DNA of 32,000 bases from Candidatus Saccharimonadota bacterium (lineage in GTDB: Archaea > Nanohalarchaeota > Nanosalinia > Nanosalinales > Nanosalinaceae), in assembly GCF_029232205.1 (NCBI RefSeq), contig NZ_CP107255.1, positions 60,001 through 92,000 of the forward strand, given 5' to 3'. Of this stretch, positions 7,469 to 16,608 are shown piece by piece. Numbering within the stretch: the first letter of the stretch is position 1; each line of letters starts with the position of its first letter. The translations under genes were made by a program, and so were the position numbers. The notes under the pieces are model-generated. The model did not search any database. It saw only the letters and a list, made by a program, of their open reading frames with translations, and was not told the origin of the DNA.

Positions 7469-7972
7469 TTGCTGCGTAATTATGTTTCTGTGAACGATAA
7501 GATCTCTCATAAAGAGCGTTTCTGGGATAGAATTACTCGAGAAAGGATGAGCGAGGTCGGAAGCGGCAGGCCTTTTGATGTACTGGTTAGAGGAGAGTAT
7601 AGGCCTGAAACTGGTGATGTAAAAGGTTTCAATCTCGGCGGTAGATCCGGTGTTTTTGTGGATATGGCGAATTTTGATCTTGAGAACCACTATTTCAGGG
7701 TTTACAATGTGGATTTTTCTCCTTCCTCAACTGATTTTGAGAGGGCTGCGGAGTTTTCCGAAGGCCGAAGTATTTCCAGTTCTATTAGAGGCCTTGAGAA
7801 TAACTGGGGTTATGAACTGAGTACTATTCCCTATGATAGAGGTGCTGAGTTTGAGGGGGTTGAGCCTGTTCAGGGCACTGTTTACTGGCCTGAAAAGGAA
7901 GATTTCATTGTTGATGAGGCCTATGAGGATTTTGTTGATCTTCTGGGTTCGGATGTTCTCTCCAGGCTTTAG
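7469..7972 (+). CDS. hypothetical protein (start uncertain: TTG 7469, GTG 7490 or ATG 7547)
   Basis: 167-aa ORF with acidic composition and no recognisable domain. TAAATATTTT at 7461-7470 could serve as a TATA box for a start near 7490. Confidence 0.5.
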   Translation: MLRNYVSVNDKISHKERFWDRITRERMSEVGSGRPFDVLVRGEYRPETGDVKGFNLGGRSGVFVDMANFDLENHYFRVYNVDFSPSSTDFERAAEFSEGRSISSSIRGLENNWGYELSTIPYDRGAEFEGVEPVQGTVYWPEKEDFIVDEAYEDFVDLLGSDVLSRL

Positions 7973-8011
7973 AAATATTTTTAACGGTAGGTTGCGCGGG
8001 TTTTCATATAG

Positions 8012-8887
8012 ATGAGGAGCCTTCAAGCTGAGAGAGCGTATGAGGAATTCGGTATTCCGGAGGCTGCTCACTTTTCTGTACTTGAAAATGCCAGTCAGGG
8101 CCGTCCGTGGACTCCTGATGTTATTTCCAGGCCCGGAGTTGAGATTGATGAGAACGTTTATGCTGAAGGTGTTTTGAGGGAGGATCCTCGTGAGAAACAG
8201 GACAGGCATGATCTTTTGATTGATGGCAGGCTTCAGCGCTATGCAAATAATATTGAGCAGGGCCGTTCCAAGTGGGATCTGGTTCTTACGGAGAGAGATT
8301 TCTATCAGCATCCAGATAATCTGGGGGTTGAAGGTGGTGTTGATCATGAGAGAAAGCCTGAGACCCATCTGAAGATGGGTGATGGAGATCTAATTTTTCT
8401 GGATCTTGACAGGTACGAGGCCCATATGGTGGAGGTCAAGCCTAATGATAGTTATGCTGCGCCGAGGGATAGGCCTCTGGATGAGGAGATCGATCCCTCT
8501 TTCTGGGAGGATTCAGAAACAGGTTACAGGCCTTCTCAGGGTTCTGCTGATGAGTCTGGCGGTGCTGTTATGAAGAAGACGGCGGCCTGGCGAGATGCAT
8601 GGGCCTCTGTCCTTGGTGAGCTGGATAATGACTGGAGTGTTTACCAGCCCGAGTTTGTTTTTGGTTCAGATGTTCTTGACGAAAGAAATCTGCTTGAGAA
8701 CAGCGAGTTTGCTCTACCTCCTCAATACTCTGACTCTCAGGGTTATGCAGTGGGAACAGAATATGGTTTCAGTAGAGCTGCTGAGATGGAGGATTTACAG
8801 GTTCTTAACGAGCTGTTTTTCCGTGATGGTATCTCGGAAATTGTTGAAGGCGAAAGGCCTGAGATGGATGGAGAAAGTGTTTTCTAG
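8012..8887 (+). CDS. hypothetical protein with possible PD-(D/E)xK nuclease-like core
   Basis: 291 aa. The segment GDGDLIFLDLDRYEAHMVEVKP fits the D...(D/E)-x-K pattern (compare G.xDLL..D..G..VVIEVK of NucS/DUF91-type nucleases). ATATTTTTAA box about 30 nt upstream. Confidence 0.55.
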   Translation: MRSLQAERAYEEFGIPEAAHFSVLENASQGRPWTPDVISRPGVEIDENVYAEGVLREDPREKQDRHDLLIDGRLQRYANNIEQGRSKWDLVLTERDFYQHPDNLGVEGGVDHERKPETHLKMGDGDLIFLDLDRYEAHMVEVKPNDSYAAPRDRPLDEEIDPSFWEDSETGYRPSQGSADESGGAVMKKTAAWRDAWASVLGELDNDWSVYQPEFVFGSDVLDERNLLENSEFALPPQYSDSQGYAVGTEYGFSRAAEMEDLQVLNELFFRDGISEIVEGERPEMDGESVF

Positions 8888-9403
8888 TTAGCGAGCTACA
8901 TCCACTACTTCAGCCTCTGTAACTTTTTTCAGGTCTTCTGAGCTGATTGTTACTCCTACTACGCGCGATCCTGCTGCTGGCTTAACTTTGTCCTGTTCCA
9001 GGATTTTCTCTTCCATGTAGACTGGTATCTCAAGGTCGAATGGTGATACTCCGCCGATATAGTACCCTGTTGCGTCTGTTACTTCGTCTGGAGAGGCCAT
9101 TCTGACTTCTGTATCTTTTATTTCTTCCAGTTTTTCTTCTGAGACTGATGTGTGGCCTGGACACAGTACGGCTACTGGTTCGTCGGCCATGAAGATCAGG
9201 GTTTTGATTATCTCTTTTTCTTCTATGTCAGTGTTTTCAGCTGATTCTTCTACTGTCTCAGACTTTGCATGAACCATGAAATCGGGTTTAAGACCTGCGT
9301 CTTCAACGCAGTCTATCACTCTTCTTACGTTGTCGATATCTTTCTCTATAAATCCAAGAAATTCTTTCAGTTGATCTGGTGACTGGTTGAAGTAGTTGCT
9401 CAT
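8888..9403 (-). CDS. YbaK/ProX-type aminoacyl-tRNA editing (trans-deacylase) domain protein
   Basis: 171 aa. KTLIFMAD...VAVLCPG...TGYYIGGVSPF is typical of the YbaK/EbsC family. Confidence 0.75.
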   Translation of the reverse strand: MSNYFNQSPDQLKEFLGFIEKDIDNVRRVIDCVEDAGLKPDFMVHAKSETVEESAENTDIEEKEIIKTLIFMADEPVAVLCPGHTSVSEEKLEEIKDTEVRMASPDEVTDATGYYIGGVSPFDLEIPVYMEEKILEQDKVKPAAGSRVVGVTISSEDLKKVTEAEVVDVAR

Positions 9404-9442
9404 TGCATTGAAAGTTGAAGAATCTGTAGCTTTTGTACTTTT

Positions 9443-10516
9443 TCAGTGCTCTAGCTCTGGAGTCCATTTTTCAGGCAGGTCGTCCCCTATTTCGTGGGCT
9501 TTCTCAGGTACTTTCTCCCTTCTGATCCTTTCCTGTACAGGCAGGTATCCTGAGTCAGGATTTATTTCCTCAGGTATCTCCACATCGAACATTTCCACAT
9601 CCCTGTCTGACTGCTGGAATACCTGGTGCTCGAATATCTGATCCTCTCCTGCGTCGAAATGCATGTGGTGTACTCTGCCGTCTTCGAAGCTGGATATGTG
9701 GATGCTCTCGCTCGGTAGTTTGCTGGATCCTGGGTCGTGATTGTTTTTCCTTCCGCCAAGGCCTAGAACAATTGTGTTTCCAACTGTGCGTGGGTAAGGC
9801 ATGTGTAGGTGATCGTATACTACCATGTCAAGGCCTCTGAGGCTTGGAGGGCTTTCAATTACATCATCTTCTAGAAGTTCTGGGTCTCCTTGATCGGCAT
9901 TTGTGTTTGCGGCTTTGTTGTTTGTTTCAGGGCTGTAGATCAGGCATTCTGCTGTGTTTTCGTTGGTGTATTTTTCTACAGAGAATAGATTTTCCAGTAC
10001 GCTGTCAGGCCGTGTATCAGGGCTGTTGAGGGTGTCTTCTCTTTTTGAGTTTCTTTGGTGGTGTGAGGCCTGTACTCTGTTGCCTGCTATCTGTTTTTCG
10101 AATCCTTCGTCGAATATCTGGTAGTCTATGTCGACATCGAAGGGCTGTCTACTGTTTATCTGTGTGTAGAATCCTGTAAAGTCGTCAGATTTTTCTCCTG
10201 GCGGAGGGTTGGCGTCTTTCTTGTCTTCGTCTCCTGCCACTATTATGACTTCGGTTCCGGGATTGAGCTGGTCCAAGAAGTTGTATACGTCGTCGAAGGT
10301 TCCGGTGTCGCCCATTACGTGTATTTCGTCTATATTGTATGTTTCTACGTAGTTGTTTACCTGGTCTGCTACTTCTCTGCTGTAGGCCTGGCTCTGTTCT
10401 TCTGTAAATTCCTCGAATGCGTGTATTTCGGATATCTGGAGAATGTTGTAGTTGTCAGGTATGTCAAAGTTGTCTGGCAGGTAGTTGGGGCCTGACTTTT
10501 CTGTCAGATAGGACAC
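9443..10516 (-). CDS. metallophosphoesterase-fold protein with divergent motifs
   Basis: 357 aa with a GTG start. Motif order is SEIH (for DxH), VMGDTG (GD), VAGDED (for GNHD/E), DHLH (for GHxH). A large insertion lies between motifs III and V. Confidence 0.45.
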   Translation of the reverse strand: MSYLTEKSGPNYLPDNFDIPDNYNILQISEIHAFEEFTEEQSQAYSREVADQVNNYVETYNIDEIHVMGDTGTFDDVYNFLDQLNPGTEVIIVAGDEDKKDANPPPGEKSDDFTGFYTQINSRQPFDVDIDYQIFDEGFEKQIAGNRVQASHHQRNSKREDTLNSPDTRPDSVLENLFSVEKYTNENTAECLIYSPETNNKAANTNADQGDPELLEDDVIESPPSLRGLDMVVYDHLHMPYPRTVGNTIVLGLGGRKNNHDPGSSKLPSESIHISSFEDGRVHHMHFDAGEDQIFEHQVFQQSDRDVEMFDVEIPEEINPDSGYLPVQERIRREKVPEKAHEIGDDLPEKWTPELEH

Positions 10517-10619
10517 CCTGTTTGAGAATTTTCCGGTTTCGGTGTCCTGGTAGAATTCTCCTCCTCTTCCATCTAGAAATCAACGGGGTGGAGAAATTGA
10601 AAAAGTTGTCGGGTAGGTT

Positions 10620-11045
10620 TTATTCTACCTCGACGTCGCGGCCTTCGTCTTCGTCTACTTCTGCTGTAACTTTCAGAACTCCGTCTTCGTACTCTGCTAC
10701 AATGCTTTCTGGGTTGACAGGCTTAGGCCATGCGACTGTTCTCTGGAATGTTCTGGAGGCCCTTTCTTTTCTGTAGTATTTTTCGTTTTCCTCCTTTAGT
10801 TCGTGGGAGCTTTCGGCCATGATTTCGATCTTGTCTTCGTCGGCTTTTACGTTGATTTCTTCTTTTTCTACGCCTGGTAGGTCAGCTTTTACTGTTAGTT
10901 TTCCGTCTTCCTCTGTTACGTCTACAGGCATTGAGCCTGTGAAGCTGGTTGCCATGTCGCGTCCGAAGTCCTGGAACTGTTCCACAAATTTTTGCATCTG
11001 GTTGAATACGTCATCTACGTCGTCTTCCCGATTGAGTCTTCTCAT
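10620..11045 (-). CDS. hsp20: small heat-shock protein, Hsp20/alpha-crystallin family
   Basis: 141 aa. The alpha-crystallin domain is clear (DVTEEDGKLTVKADLPGVEKEEINV...F.R....P..V....I.AEYEDGVLKV). AAGGTG SD 8 nt upstream. Confidence 0.9.
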   Translation of the reverse strand: MRRLNREDDVDDVFNQMQKFVEQFQDFGRDMATSFTGSMPVDVTEEDGKLTVKADLPGVEKEEINVKADEDKIEIMAESSHELKEENEKYYRKERASRTFQRTVAWPKPVNPESIVAEYEDGVLKVTAEVDEDEGRDVEVE

Positions 11046-11084
11046 TTCAGAACACCTTGTTTTTGTTTACGTCGATAAAAATAT

Positions 11085-11279
11085 TTATTCTTTGTCCTGA
11101 ATTCTCTCCATCTGTTCTTCCAGAAAGTCTATCTGTTCGTGTATCTCGCTCAGTAGGTTCTCTGCCATTACTTCCTTGTCGGTTTTCTCGTCGCCTTCGT
11201 GCTCTATTTCCGAGAATTCTTCTTCTACCTGGCCTACCTCTGACTCCAATTCATCCAGAACTTCCTCGTAGTCCGCCAT
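11085..11279 (-). CDS. hypothetical small acidic coiled-coil protein
   Basis: 64-aa ORF with heptad-like acidic sequence. CTTTAAAC box about 25 nt upstream. Confidence 0.4.
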   Translation of the reverse strand: MADYEEVLDELESEVGQVEEEFSEIEHEGDEKTDKEVMAENLLSEIHEQIDFLEEQMERIQDKE

Positions 11280-11310
11280 AGTAACATTTTAACGCTTCCA
11301 GAGTTTAAAG

Positions 11311-11526
11311 ATGTGTATGAAGCGAGGAGAAAAAGTACTGGAACAGGCCCAGAATATGATTGATGATGGAAGAAAGCCTTCTGCTAGTGTTCTCTCTCAG
11401 GAGCTTGGTTGGGCTGAAAATGATGTGCACAGGTGTCTTAACTCTCTTGAAAAGAAAGGAGAAATAGAGACGTATACTAAGGCCTTTATGGGGCGCAAAC
11501 ACCGTCTTGTCGGTGTGAAGAGATAG
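11311..11526 (+). CDS. small winged-helix DNA-binding protein (putative transcription regulator)
   Basis: 71 aa. The pattern ...SVLSQELGWAENDVHRCLNSLEKKGEIE... is typical of wHTH recognition helix plus wing. ATG 11311 or 11317. Confidence 0.5.
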   Translation: MCMKRGEKVLEQAQNMIDDGRKPSASVLSQELGWAENDVHRCLNSLEKKGEIETYTKAFMGRKHRLVGVKR

Positions 11527-11527
11527 T

Positions 11528-11923
11528 TTATTTCTGTACCTGTGGTGTTGGTACTGGTGGGAGCAGGTTGAGTGTGTCTGCGACTCCTACTGCTTCTGAG
11601 ATCAGTTTTCTGTACATGTCGTTCATTAGTGGTGCGTTGATGCTTTCTGGTAGCTGGTTGTCTTCTTCCCAGGCCTTTACTATTTCGTCTGTGTCTCCTT
11701 TCCAGAGTACGTTTCCTGAGAGCTTGATTTCGGCTCCTGTCTGGCCGTTTGCGTCGTAGCTTACGGTGAAGGTGTAGTAGATTTTTGCTACTGGTTCTTC
11801 GAATGCGTTTACGTTTGCTGATTCTACTGATGTTATTTCTGGTGTGTAGTTGATCTGGAGGTCTCCTCTTACGTTTTCTTCCTGTGATGCTTCGAGTTCC
11901 GTTACGTTGAATCCTACTATCAT
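11528..11923 (-). CDS. hypothetical protein (131 aa from internal ATG; ORF extends to 12040)
   Basis: Start chosen at ATG 11923 (MIVGFNVTELE...). The longer form would overlap the divergent gene 11977..12501, and an AAATAAA box sits about 27 nt upstream of 11923. Confidence 0.5.
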   Translation of the reverse strand: MIVGFNVTELEASQEENVRGDLQINYTPEITSVESANVNAFEEPVAKIYYTFTVSYDANGQTGAEIKLSGNVLWKGDTDEIVKAWEEDNQLPESINAPLMNDMYRKLISEAVGVADTLNLLPPVPTPQVQK

Positions 11924-11976
11924 GTATCGGTATTCTTCAGGCAAGTCCTTTATTTGTTTCCTGACAATGTGTAGAT

Positions 11977-12501
11977 ATGGGATTTGTGGAGAAATACGGT
12001 GTAGCAATTGTTGCAATTTTGATTGGAGGCGGTTTCGCATTCGGTGGAATAGCTTCTTACTCAGGCCTTACATCGGGTGGAGGATCAAACAATAATCAGC
12101 AGCAGGATGTACCACAACTGCCTTCACAGTCAATTAGTGAAGGCCCTCTTGACTTGACAAGCAGGGAGAAAAGCTATCTTGCAGCAGTGAATGATGTCGT
12201 GTTTGTAACTGGTTACTACAATACTTCTGAAGGCCGCTCGCAGGTTGAAACAGTGGAAACTGTTCAGAGCAACTTTGGGGAAAAAATGTACTTGAACTAT
12301 GTGAATACCAGTGAGATTCCTGCACAGACCCAGCTTCAGCAGACTCCAGCAGTTCACGTTGTTGGAGCTGTCATTCAGAACCGGCAAGCCGTTCCACAAC
12401 AGGGATTAGTCTACAATATTACGGAGCAGAACGTAGCTTCTTCGACCTGTAGCTACATCAGGGAGCTTCCTGACTCCGCAGTTGTCTACTGCTTCGGCTA
12501 G
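11977..12501 (+). CDS. membrane-anchored hypothetical protein (N-terminal TM helix, Gly/Asn/Gln-rich linker, extracytoplasmic domain)
   Basis: 174 aa. The hydrophobic segment VAIVAILIGGGFAFGGIA is followed by a low-complexity linker. CTTTATTT box 25 nt upstream. Confidence 0.55.
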   Translation: MGFVEKYGVAIVAILIGGGFAFGGIASYSGLTSGGGSNNNQQQDVPQLPSQSISEGPLDLTSREKSYLAAVNDVVFVTGYYNTSEGRSQVETVETVQSNFGEKMYLNYVNTSEIPAQTQLQQTPAVHVVGAVIQNRQAVPQQGLVYNITEQNVASSTCSYIRELPDSAVVYCFG

Positions 12502-15290
12502 ATATCGAAGGCCTTTGCAAACTCGGAGTCTCCCTGCACATTCTCCGAGTATTTCTCAAGTTTTTCTCTAGCACTCTCATCTGTCTGGGAGGCTGATACA
12601 GCTCCTTTCTCGCCAATTAAAGTTACACAGGCCTCGTGTTTTCTGGAGAGCTTCTGAGCTACCTGGATGAGCAGGCCTACGTTCTCTGTAGGTACTTCAA
12701 GTTCGACCTCATCTTTTTCCCCTATTTCGTCTTCTACGAACTGTTCTATCTCTGATTCAAGGCCTTCAACTTTTTTCTCCAGGTTCTTTCTCTGTTCGTA
12801 CAGCTTTCTGGCCTTTTCAACAGTATTTTCCTCTTCAATTCTTTCTACACTGGTTTCCTTGCCTAGGAATTCGCCTAGTTTCTCTACTCTGCTGGTGTTT
12901 TCCTCTATCTCCTCGTTGAATCTGGTGATTGTGTCTTCCAGGTGTTCTGGCTCTACTGAGAGAATACTGCATAGTTTTCTCTCTACGGTACGAGGCCTTG
13001 ACTTTGACTCTGTTTCCAGGAGGGTTTCTACTTCCTCGATTCTTTCCTGAATACCTTTGATGTATTCTTCTGCAGCGTTTCCTGCTACGTATTCGAGTCT
13101 GATAACTCCGTCCTGGATTCTTTTTGAGCCTGTGATGTAGAAGTTTTCTGCGTGGCCTGTGTTGGTGAGGTGTGTTCCTCCGCAGGCTTCGATGTCGATG
13201 TCTTCGATCTCTATAAGTCTGATCGTGTTGCCCGGCGGTGCACCTCCCTGGTAGATTCTGAAGCCGTACTGCTGTTCGGCCTCACTCTTCGGCATCTCCA
13301 GCTCGTTGATATCGTGTTCTTCGTTGATCATTTTTCTGACGCGGGCCTCGATCTCGTCAAGATCTTCGCGTGAAAGTTTCTCATAGTGTGTAACGTCGAG
13401 CCGTGCTTTTTCCAGTGTCTTGTTGGCGCCGGCCTGGTAGATATGTTCGCCAAGTTCTTCACGTGCTGCAGCGTTCACCATGTGGGTCGTGGAGTGGTGC
13501 TGGGTCAACTGCTTTCTCTTCTCGCCGTTGACCACACCCTTCACGCGCTTCCCTTCTTCAAGTTCGTGCTCTGGTGTTCGATGGAGTACCACGTTGCCCT
13601 GTTTCTGAACCTCCTCTACTTGATGGCCGTTGATCTTTCCGACGTCGTAGCGCTGACCTCCGCCCTGAGGATAGAACATCGTCTGATCAAGAACAACCCA
13701 TTCATCATCAATTATTCCGACTACCTCAGCCTTGAAGTTGAAATGTTCGGTCTCTCCATCCTGCCTGTAAGGTTCACGTCGCTCGTAGTACAGTTTTTCC
13801 GTGTCTGGAAGGCCTTCTACGTCGAATTTTTCCTCTGCTGCTTTTACTGTCTCATCTTCTTCGCTGACTATCGTGTAGAAATCTTCAGGTACTTCCAGGC
13901 CGTATTCTTCCATCATTTCAGGAGATACGCCGTGCGATTCGTAGAGTTCTACCATTTCCTCGACTGATGGCTGGCCTTCGACTTTTTCCAGTTGTTCGCG
14001 GGCTTTTTCCCGTGCTTTATCGTATTTCTGTTTTTCGACTCTGAGTATTTCCTCTATCTCATCCATTGAGGCCAGAAGCTCTGGGAACATGTCTTCAAGC
14101 TCCTCTGCGTTCCAGCGGGCGACCTCTACCATGTCCAGATCCCAGTCGTATTTTTCGATGAAGTCCTGGGCTCTTCTGTAGATCATTCTCAGGTTGTAGC
14201 CTCCCCCTGTGTTTGAAGGTATTTTTCCATCGGCTAATGCGAATATGAGTGCGCGGGCGTGTTCTGCGATGCTGTAGAGTCCTGCTGCCGGCTTAATCTC
14301 TGCCTTCAGTTCGTCGACGTCTTCATTTATTTTCTCTGCTATTTCTTCCCATTTTTCGTCGATGTCCTCCACTTCGTCGATGTTGAGTTCGGAGCTGTGT
14401 GGAAGGAATTTTTCCCATACTTCCTGGTCGATCTTGAGCCCGGTCTTCTCCTTCATTTTTTCCAGAGTCTCCGGCATGACGGACTCATAGGATGTTTCTG
14501 TACCGTTGGAGATCCATGTGATTCTTTCGTGGCCCATTCCCATGTCCAGTACTTTGAGATCTAGCTCTTCGTAGCCTTCTGGTGTCTGCTCGTAGAACAT
14601 ATAGACCTGGTTGAATAGCTCTAGGCCGTCTACGAAGAACTCCATGCATGCACCTAGGTTTCCTCCTCCGCCCCAGCTGTCTTCGTGTAGTATAAGTTTT
14701 TCTTCAGGTATTCCAAGGGCCTGTGTCGTGAATTCGAACATGTCACGGAAGTAGCGATCCTGGTCATATTCCTCACCTTCTTTGAAGCACGTCTGGCCTA
14801 TCATCGTGAAGTTTGTGTAGTGTCTGCCGGTGATGCCAACGTTGTCAACGTCATTGAAGCGTAAAGAGGGTTGTGGTATTATTAGTTCGTCTGCTGGTGG
14901 CTCTGCTTCGCCTGATACGACGTATGGCTGGAAGCAGTAGATTGATGCGCCTGTGAATTCTACGTCGTCTCTCCATCGGGCCACTACAGGGTATCTGTCG
15001 ATCGAGGTGTATCCACGAGATACCATGAATTCTTCGAAAAGTTCCCAAGATTCTGTATGGGTTAAAGTTTCCGAGGTAGGTGAGTCATTGATGAATGTGT
15101 ATCCGTCGCCGCATTCCGGTTCTCCGCAGATTTCTCTTTCGGGATCTGAGCTCCAGAAGTATAGTCCGCAGTTGCTGCATTGGCCTCGGTGGAATCCTTT
15201 TTCTCTTAGTACGTCTGTTGCGAAGAATTTCTCTGGATTATCTGATGCTTCCTGTTTGATTTCTTCTTTGAGTTGGTCGAGGCCTTTCAT
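12498..15290 (-). CDS. alaS: alanyl-tRNA synthetase (archaeal type)
   Basis: 930 aa. N-terminal C-x2-C...FW element of archaeal AlaRS. Editing-domain HxxxH (HHSTTHM) and CGGTH. C-terminal DHHA1-like region. Confidence 0.95.
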   Translation of the reverse strand: MKGLDQLKEEIKQEASDNPEKFFATDVLREKGFHRGQCSNCGLYFWSSDPEREICGEPECGDGYTFINDSPTSETLTHTESWELFEEFMVSRGYTSIDRYPVVARWRDDVEFTGASIYCFQPYVVSGEAEPPADELIIPQPSLRFNDVDNVGITGRHYTNFTMIGQTCFKEGEEYDQDRYFRDMFEFTTQALGIPEEKLILHEDSWGGGGNLGACMEFFVDGLELFNQVYMFYEQTPEGYEELDLKVLDMGMGHERITWISNGTETSYESVMPETLEKMKEKTGLKIDQEVWEKFLPHSSELNIDEVEDIDEKWEEIAEKINEDVDELKAEIKPAAGLYSIAEHARALIFALADGKIPSNTGGGYNLRMIYRRAQDFIEKYDWDLDMVEVARWNAEELEDMFPELLASMDEIEEILRVEKQKYDKAREKAREQLEKVEGQPSVEEMVELYESHGVSPEMMEEYGLEVPEDFYTIVSEEDETVKAAEEKFDVEGLPDTEKLYYERREPYRQDGETEHFNFKAEVVGIIDDEWVVLDQTMFYPQGGGQRYDVGKINGHQVEEVQKQGNVVLHRTPEHELEEGKRVKGVVNGEKRKQLTQHHSTTHMVNAAAREELGEHIYQAGANKTLEKARLDVTHYEKLSREDLDEIEARVRKMINEEHDINELEMPKSEAEQQYGFRIYQGGAPPGNTIRLIEIEDIDIEACGGTHLTNTGHAENFYITGSKRIQDGVIRLEYVAGNAAEEYIKGIQERIEEVETLLETESKSRPRTVERKLCSILSVEPEHLEDTITRFNEEIEENTSRVEKLGEFLGKETSVERIEEENTVEKARKLYEQRKNLEKKVEGLESEIEQFVEDEIGEKDEVELEVPTENVGLLIQVAQKLSRKHEACVTLIGEKGAVSASQTDESAREKLEKYSENVQGDSEFAKAFDI

Positions 15291-15351
15291 ACAGCAGGGT
15301 TTGTTCGAGAATTTTTTTATCTGCTGTGAGGTTTTGTTGGAAGAATAAAAG

Positions 15352-15380
15352 AAAAAGTCGGCCTGTAAAGGCCTTTTTTA
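15352..15380 (-). terminator. hairpin plus oligo-T terminator candidate downstream of 15378..16154
   Basis: GGCCT-GTAA-AGGCC (15360-15373), flanked by T5/T6 runs on both strands. Confidence 0.45.
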
Positions 15381-16154
15381 TTCAAGTGGGAGTTCTTCTG
15401 TGAAGTGGTTGAGCAGTGCGAGGAATACTGGTGTGAAGATAGGTACTACCAGTAGCTGTACTGCGTATGCTGCTGCCTGTTCTCCGCCTGCGATGTTGCC
15501 TATGACTCCTAGAAGGAGTGCTACTATTCCGTAGACGAGGAATGTTCCCAGTCCTGCTAGGAAGATTGATAGTCTGCTTCCTTTGGTTCTCTGGACTGAT
15601 TCGTCCAGTGACTGGAACATTCTTTTGTCTTCGATTGCGATCAGTGGCTGGGCCAGTAGCAGTGTTACTATTACGTAGCTGAATACTGCGAATCCGAGGA
15701 TTCCTCCTACGGCTGCTAGTGCGATTCCTGCTGTGCCTAGTCCTGATGCGATGCTTCCTGTTGCTGCTAGGCTTGATACTCCTCCGAGTACTGCTATGTA
15801 TGCTGGCAGTAGGAAGATTAGGCCTAGAAGGTATGCGAAAGCTGCGCTTGTCAGGTTGGCGCCCAGTGTTCTGATGAATGGCCAGAGAAGGTTGTCTGTA
15901 AATAGGCTTCTCTCTACTTCATCTTTTCTGTATGATCTGAGTCCTCCGATTGTTGCTGCTATACTTGCTAGTGCTGCAACAAGGCCGAGAACTACTCCAG
16001 CTATCTGGAGTGCGGTCATGCCCATGTTGGTAAGTACTGTCGATCCAATATTGACTAACTGTATTACAAAGAATAGTCCTATGAGCTTCTGACCTACATC
16101 TGTTTTAAGACTCCCAAATGCGGTCTTAATGGCTTCTGATGCGTTTAGTGCCAT
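15378..16154 (-). CDS. polytopic integral membrane protein, hypothetical
   Basis: 258 aa with about 6 hydrophobic segments. TCTAATTTAAG box about 30 nt upstream. Confidence 0.6.
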   Translation of the reverse strand: MALNASEAIKTAFGSLKTDVGQKLIGLFFVIQLVNIGSTVLTNMGMTALQIAGVVLGLVAALASIAATIGGLRSYRKDEVERSLFTDNLLWPFIRTLGANLTSAAFAYLLGLIFLLPAYIAVLGGVSSLAATGSIASGLGTAGIALAAVGGILGFAVFSYVIVTLLLAQPLIAIEDKRMFQSLDESVQRTKGSRLSIFLAGLGTFLVYGIVALLLGVIGNIAGGEQAAAYAVQLLVVPIFTPVFLALLNHFTEELPLE

Positions 16155-16261
16155 GTAAACGAATATGGTGCCGAGACTTAAATTAGAAATGGTGTGATGG
16201 TGTAAAATTTAGGTTGAAATAAGAATAAAGGATAGGAAAGGAAGTGAAGACAAGGACCTTT

Positions 16262-16570
16262 TTAGAACATTGATCCTAGGCCTTCAGCTGCGTCTTCTTC
16301 GGAAGTGTCTTCTTCCTCTTCTTCCTCTTCCTCTTCTTCGTCAGCTTCGTCTGCTCCGCCTTCGTCTCCTGAAGGTGCTGGTGCTGCGCCTGCTGCGACT
16401 GCTGTCTCCATTGCTTCTTCAATGTCGACGTCTTCGAGTGCTGCGACTAGAGCCTTGATTTCTGTATCTTCGACTTCTAGGTCTGCTGCGTCTACAATTG
16501 CCTGTAGATTGTCTTCGTTAACTTCTTTTCCAGCTTCGTGTAGTGTCAGTGCTGCGTAAACTAGTTCCAT
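16262..16570 (-). CDS. rpl12: 50S ribosomal stalk protein P1 (L12e)
   Basis: 102 aa. MEYVYAAL-like N-terminus ([15 protein letters not shown]). Ala/Pro hinge, poly-Glu tail and the terminal GLGSMF factor-binding peptide. GGTGA SD 8-10 nt upstream. Confidence 0.95.
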   Translation of the reverse strand: MELVYAALTLHEAGKEVNEDNLQAIVDAADLEVEDTEIKALVAALEDVDIEEAMETAVAAGAAPAPSGDEGGADEADEEEEEEEEEEDTSEEDAAEGLGSMF

Positions 16571-16608
16571 TGATTAATTCACCAATACCTCAATAACTGA
16601 AACCAACC

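Noticed and set aside
7469-8887. Single gene split by a point mutation (pseudogene), because both ORFs are in the same frame.
   Set aside because: Counting the ORF1 terminator, four in-frame stops separate the two ORFs (7970, 7982, 7988, 8009) across the 39-nt spacer. A TATA-like box at the right distance from ATG 8012 argues for two genes.
11924-12040. N-terminal 39-aa extension of ORF 11528..12040 (MRNRLQSKLQQLLHRISPQ...).
   Set aside because: It would overlap the divergent gene 11977..12501 and its promoter. It is basic and non-acidic, unlike the rest of the protein. The internal ATG 11923 has an A/T box about 27 nt upstream.
16300-16350. GAA/GAG-rich simple-sequence tracts (P1 tail here; P0 tail 18739-18850), considered as a candidate repeat element.
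   Set aside because: They encode the expected poly-acidic stalk-protein tails. This is low-complexity coding sequence, not an independent repeat feature.
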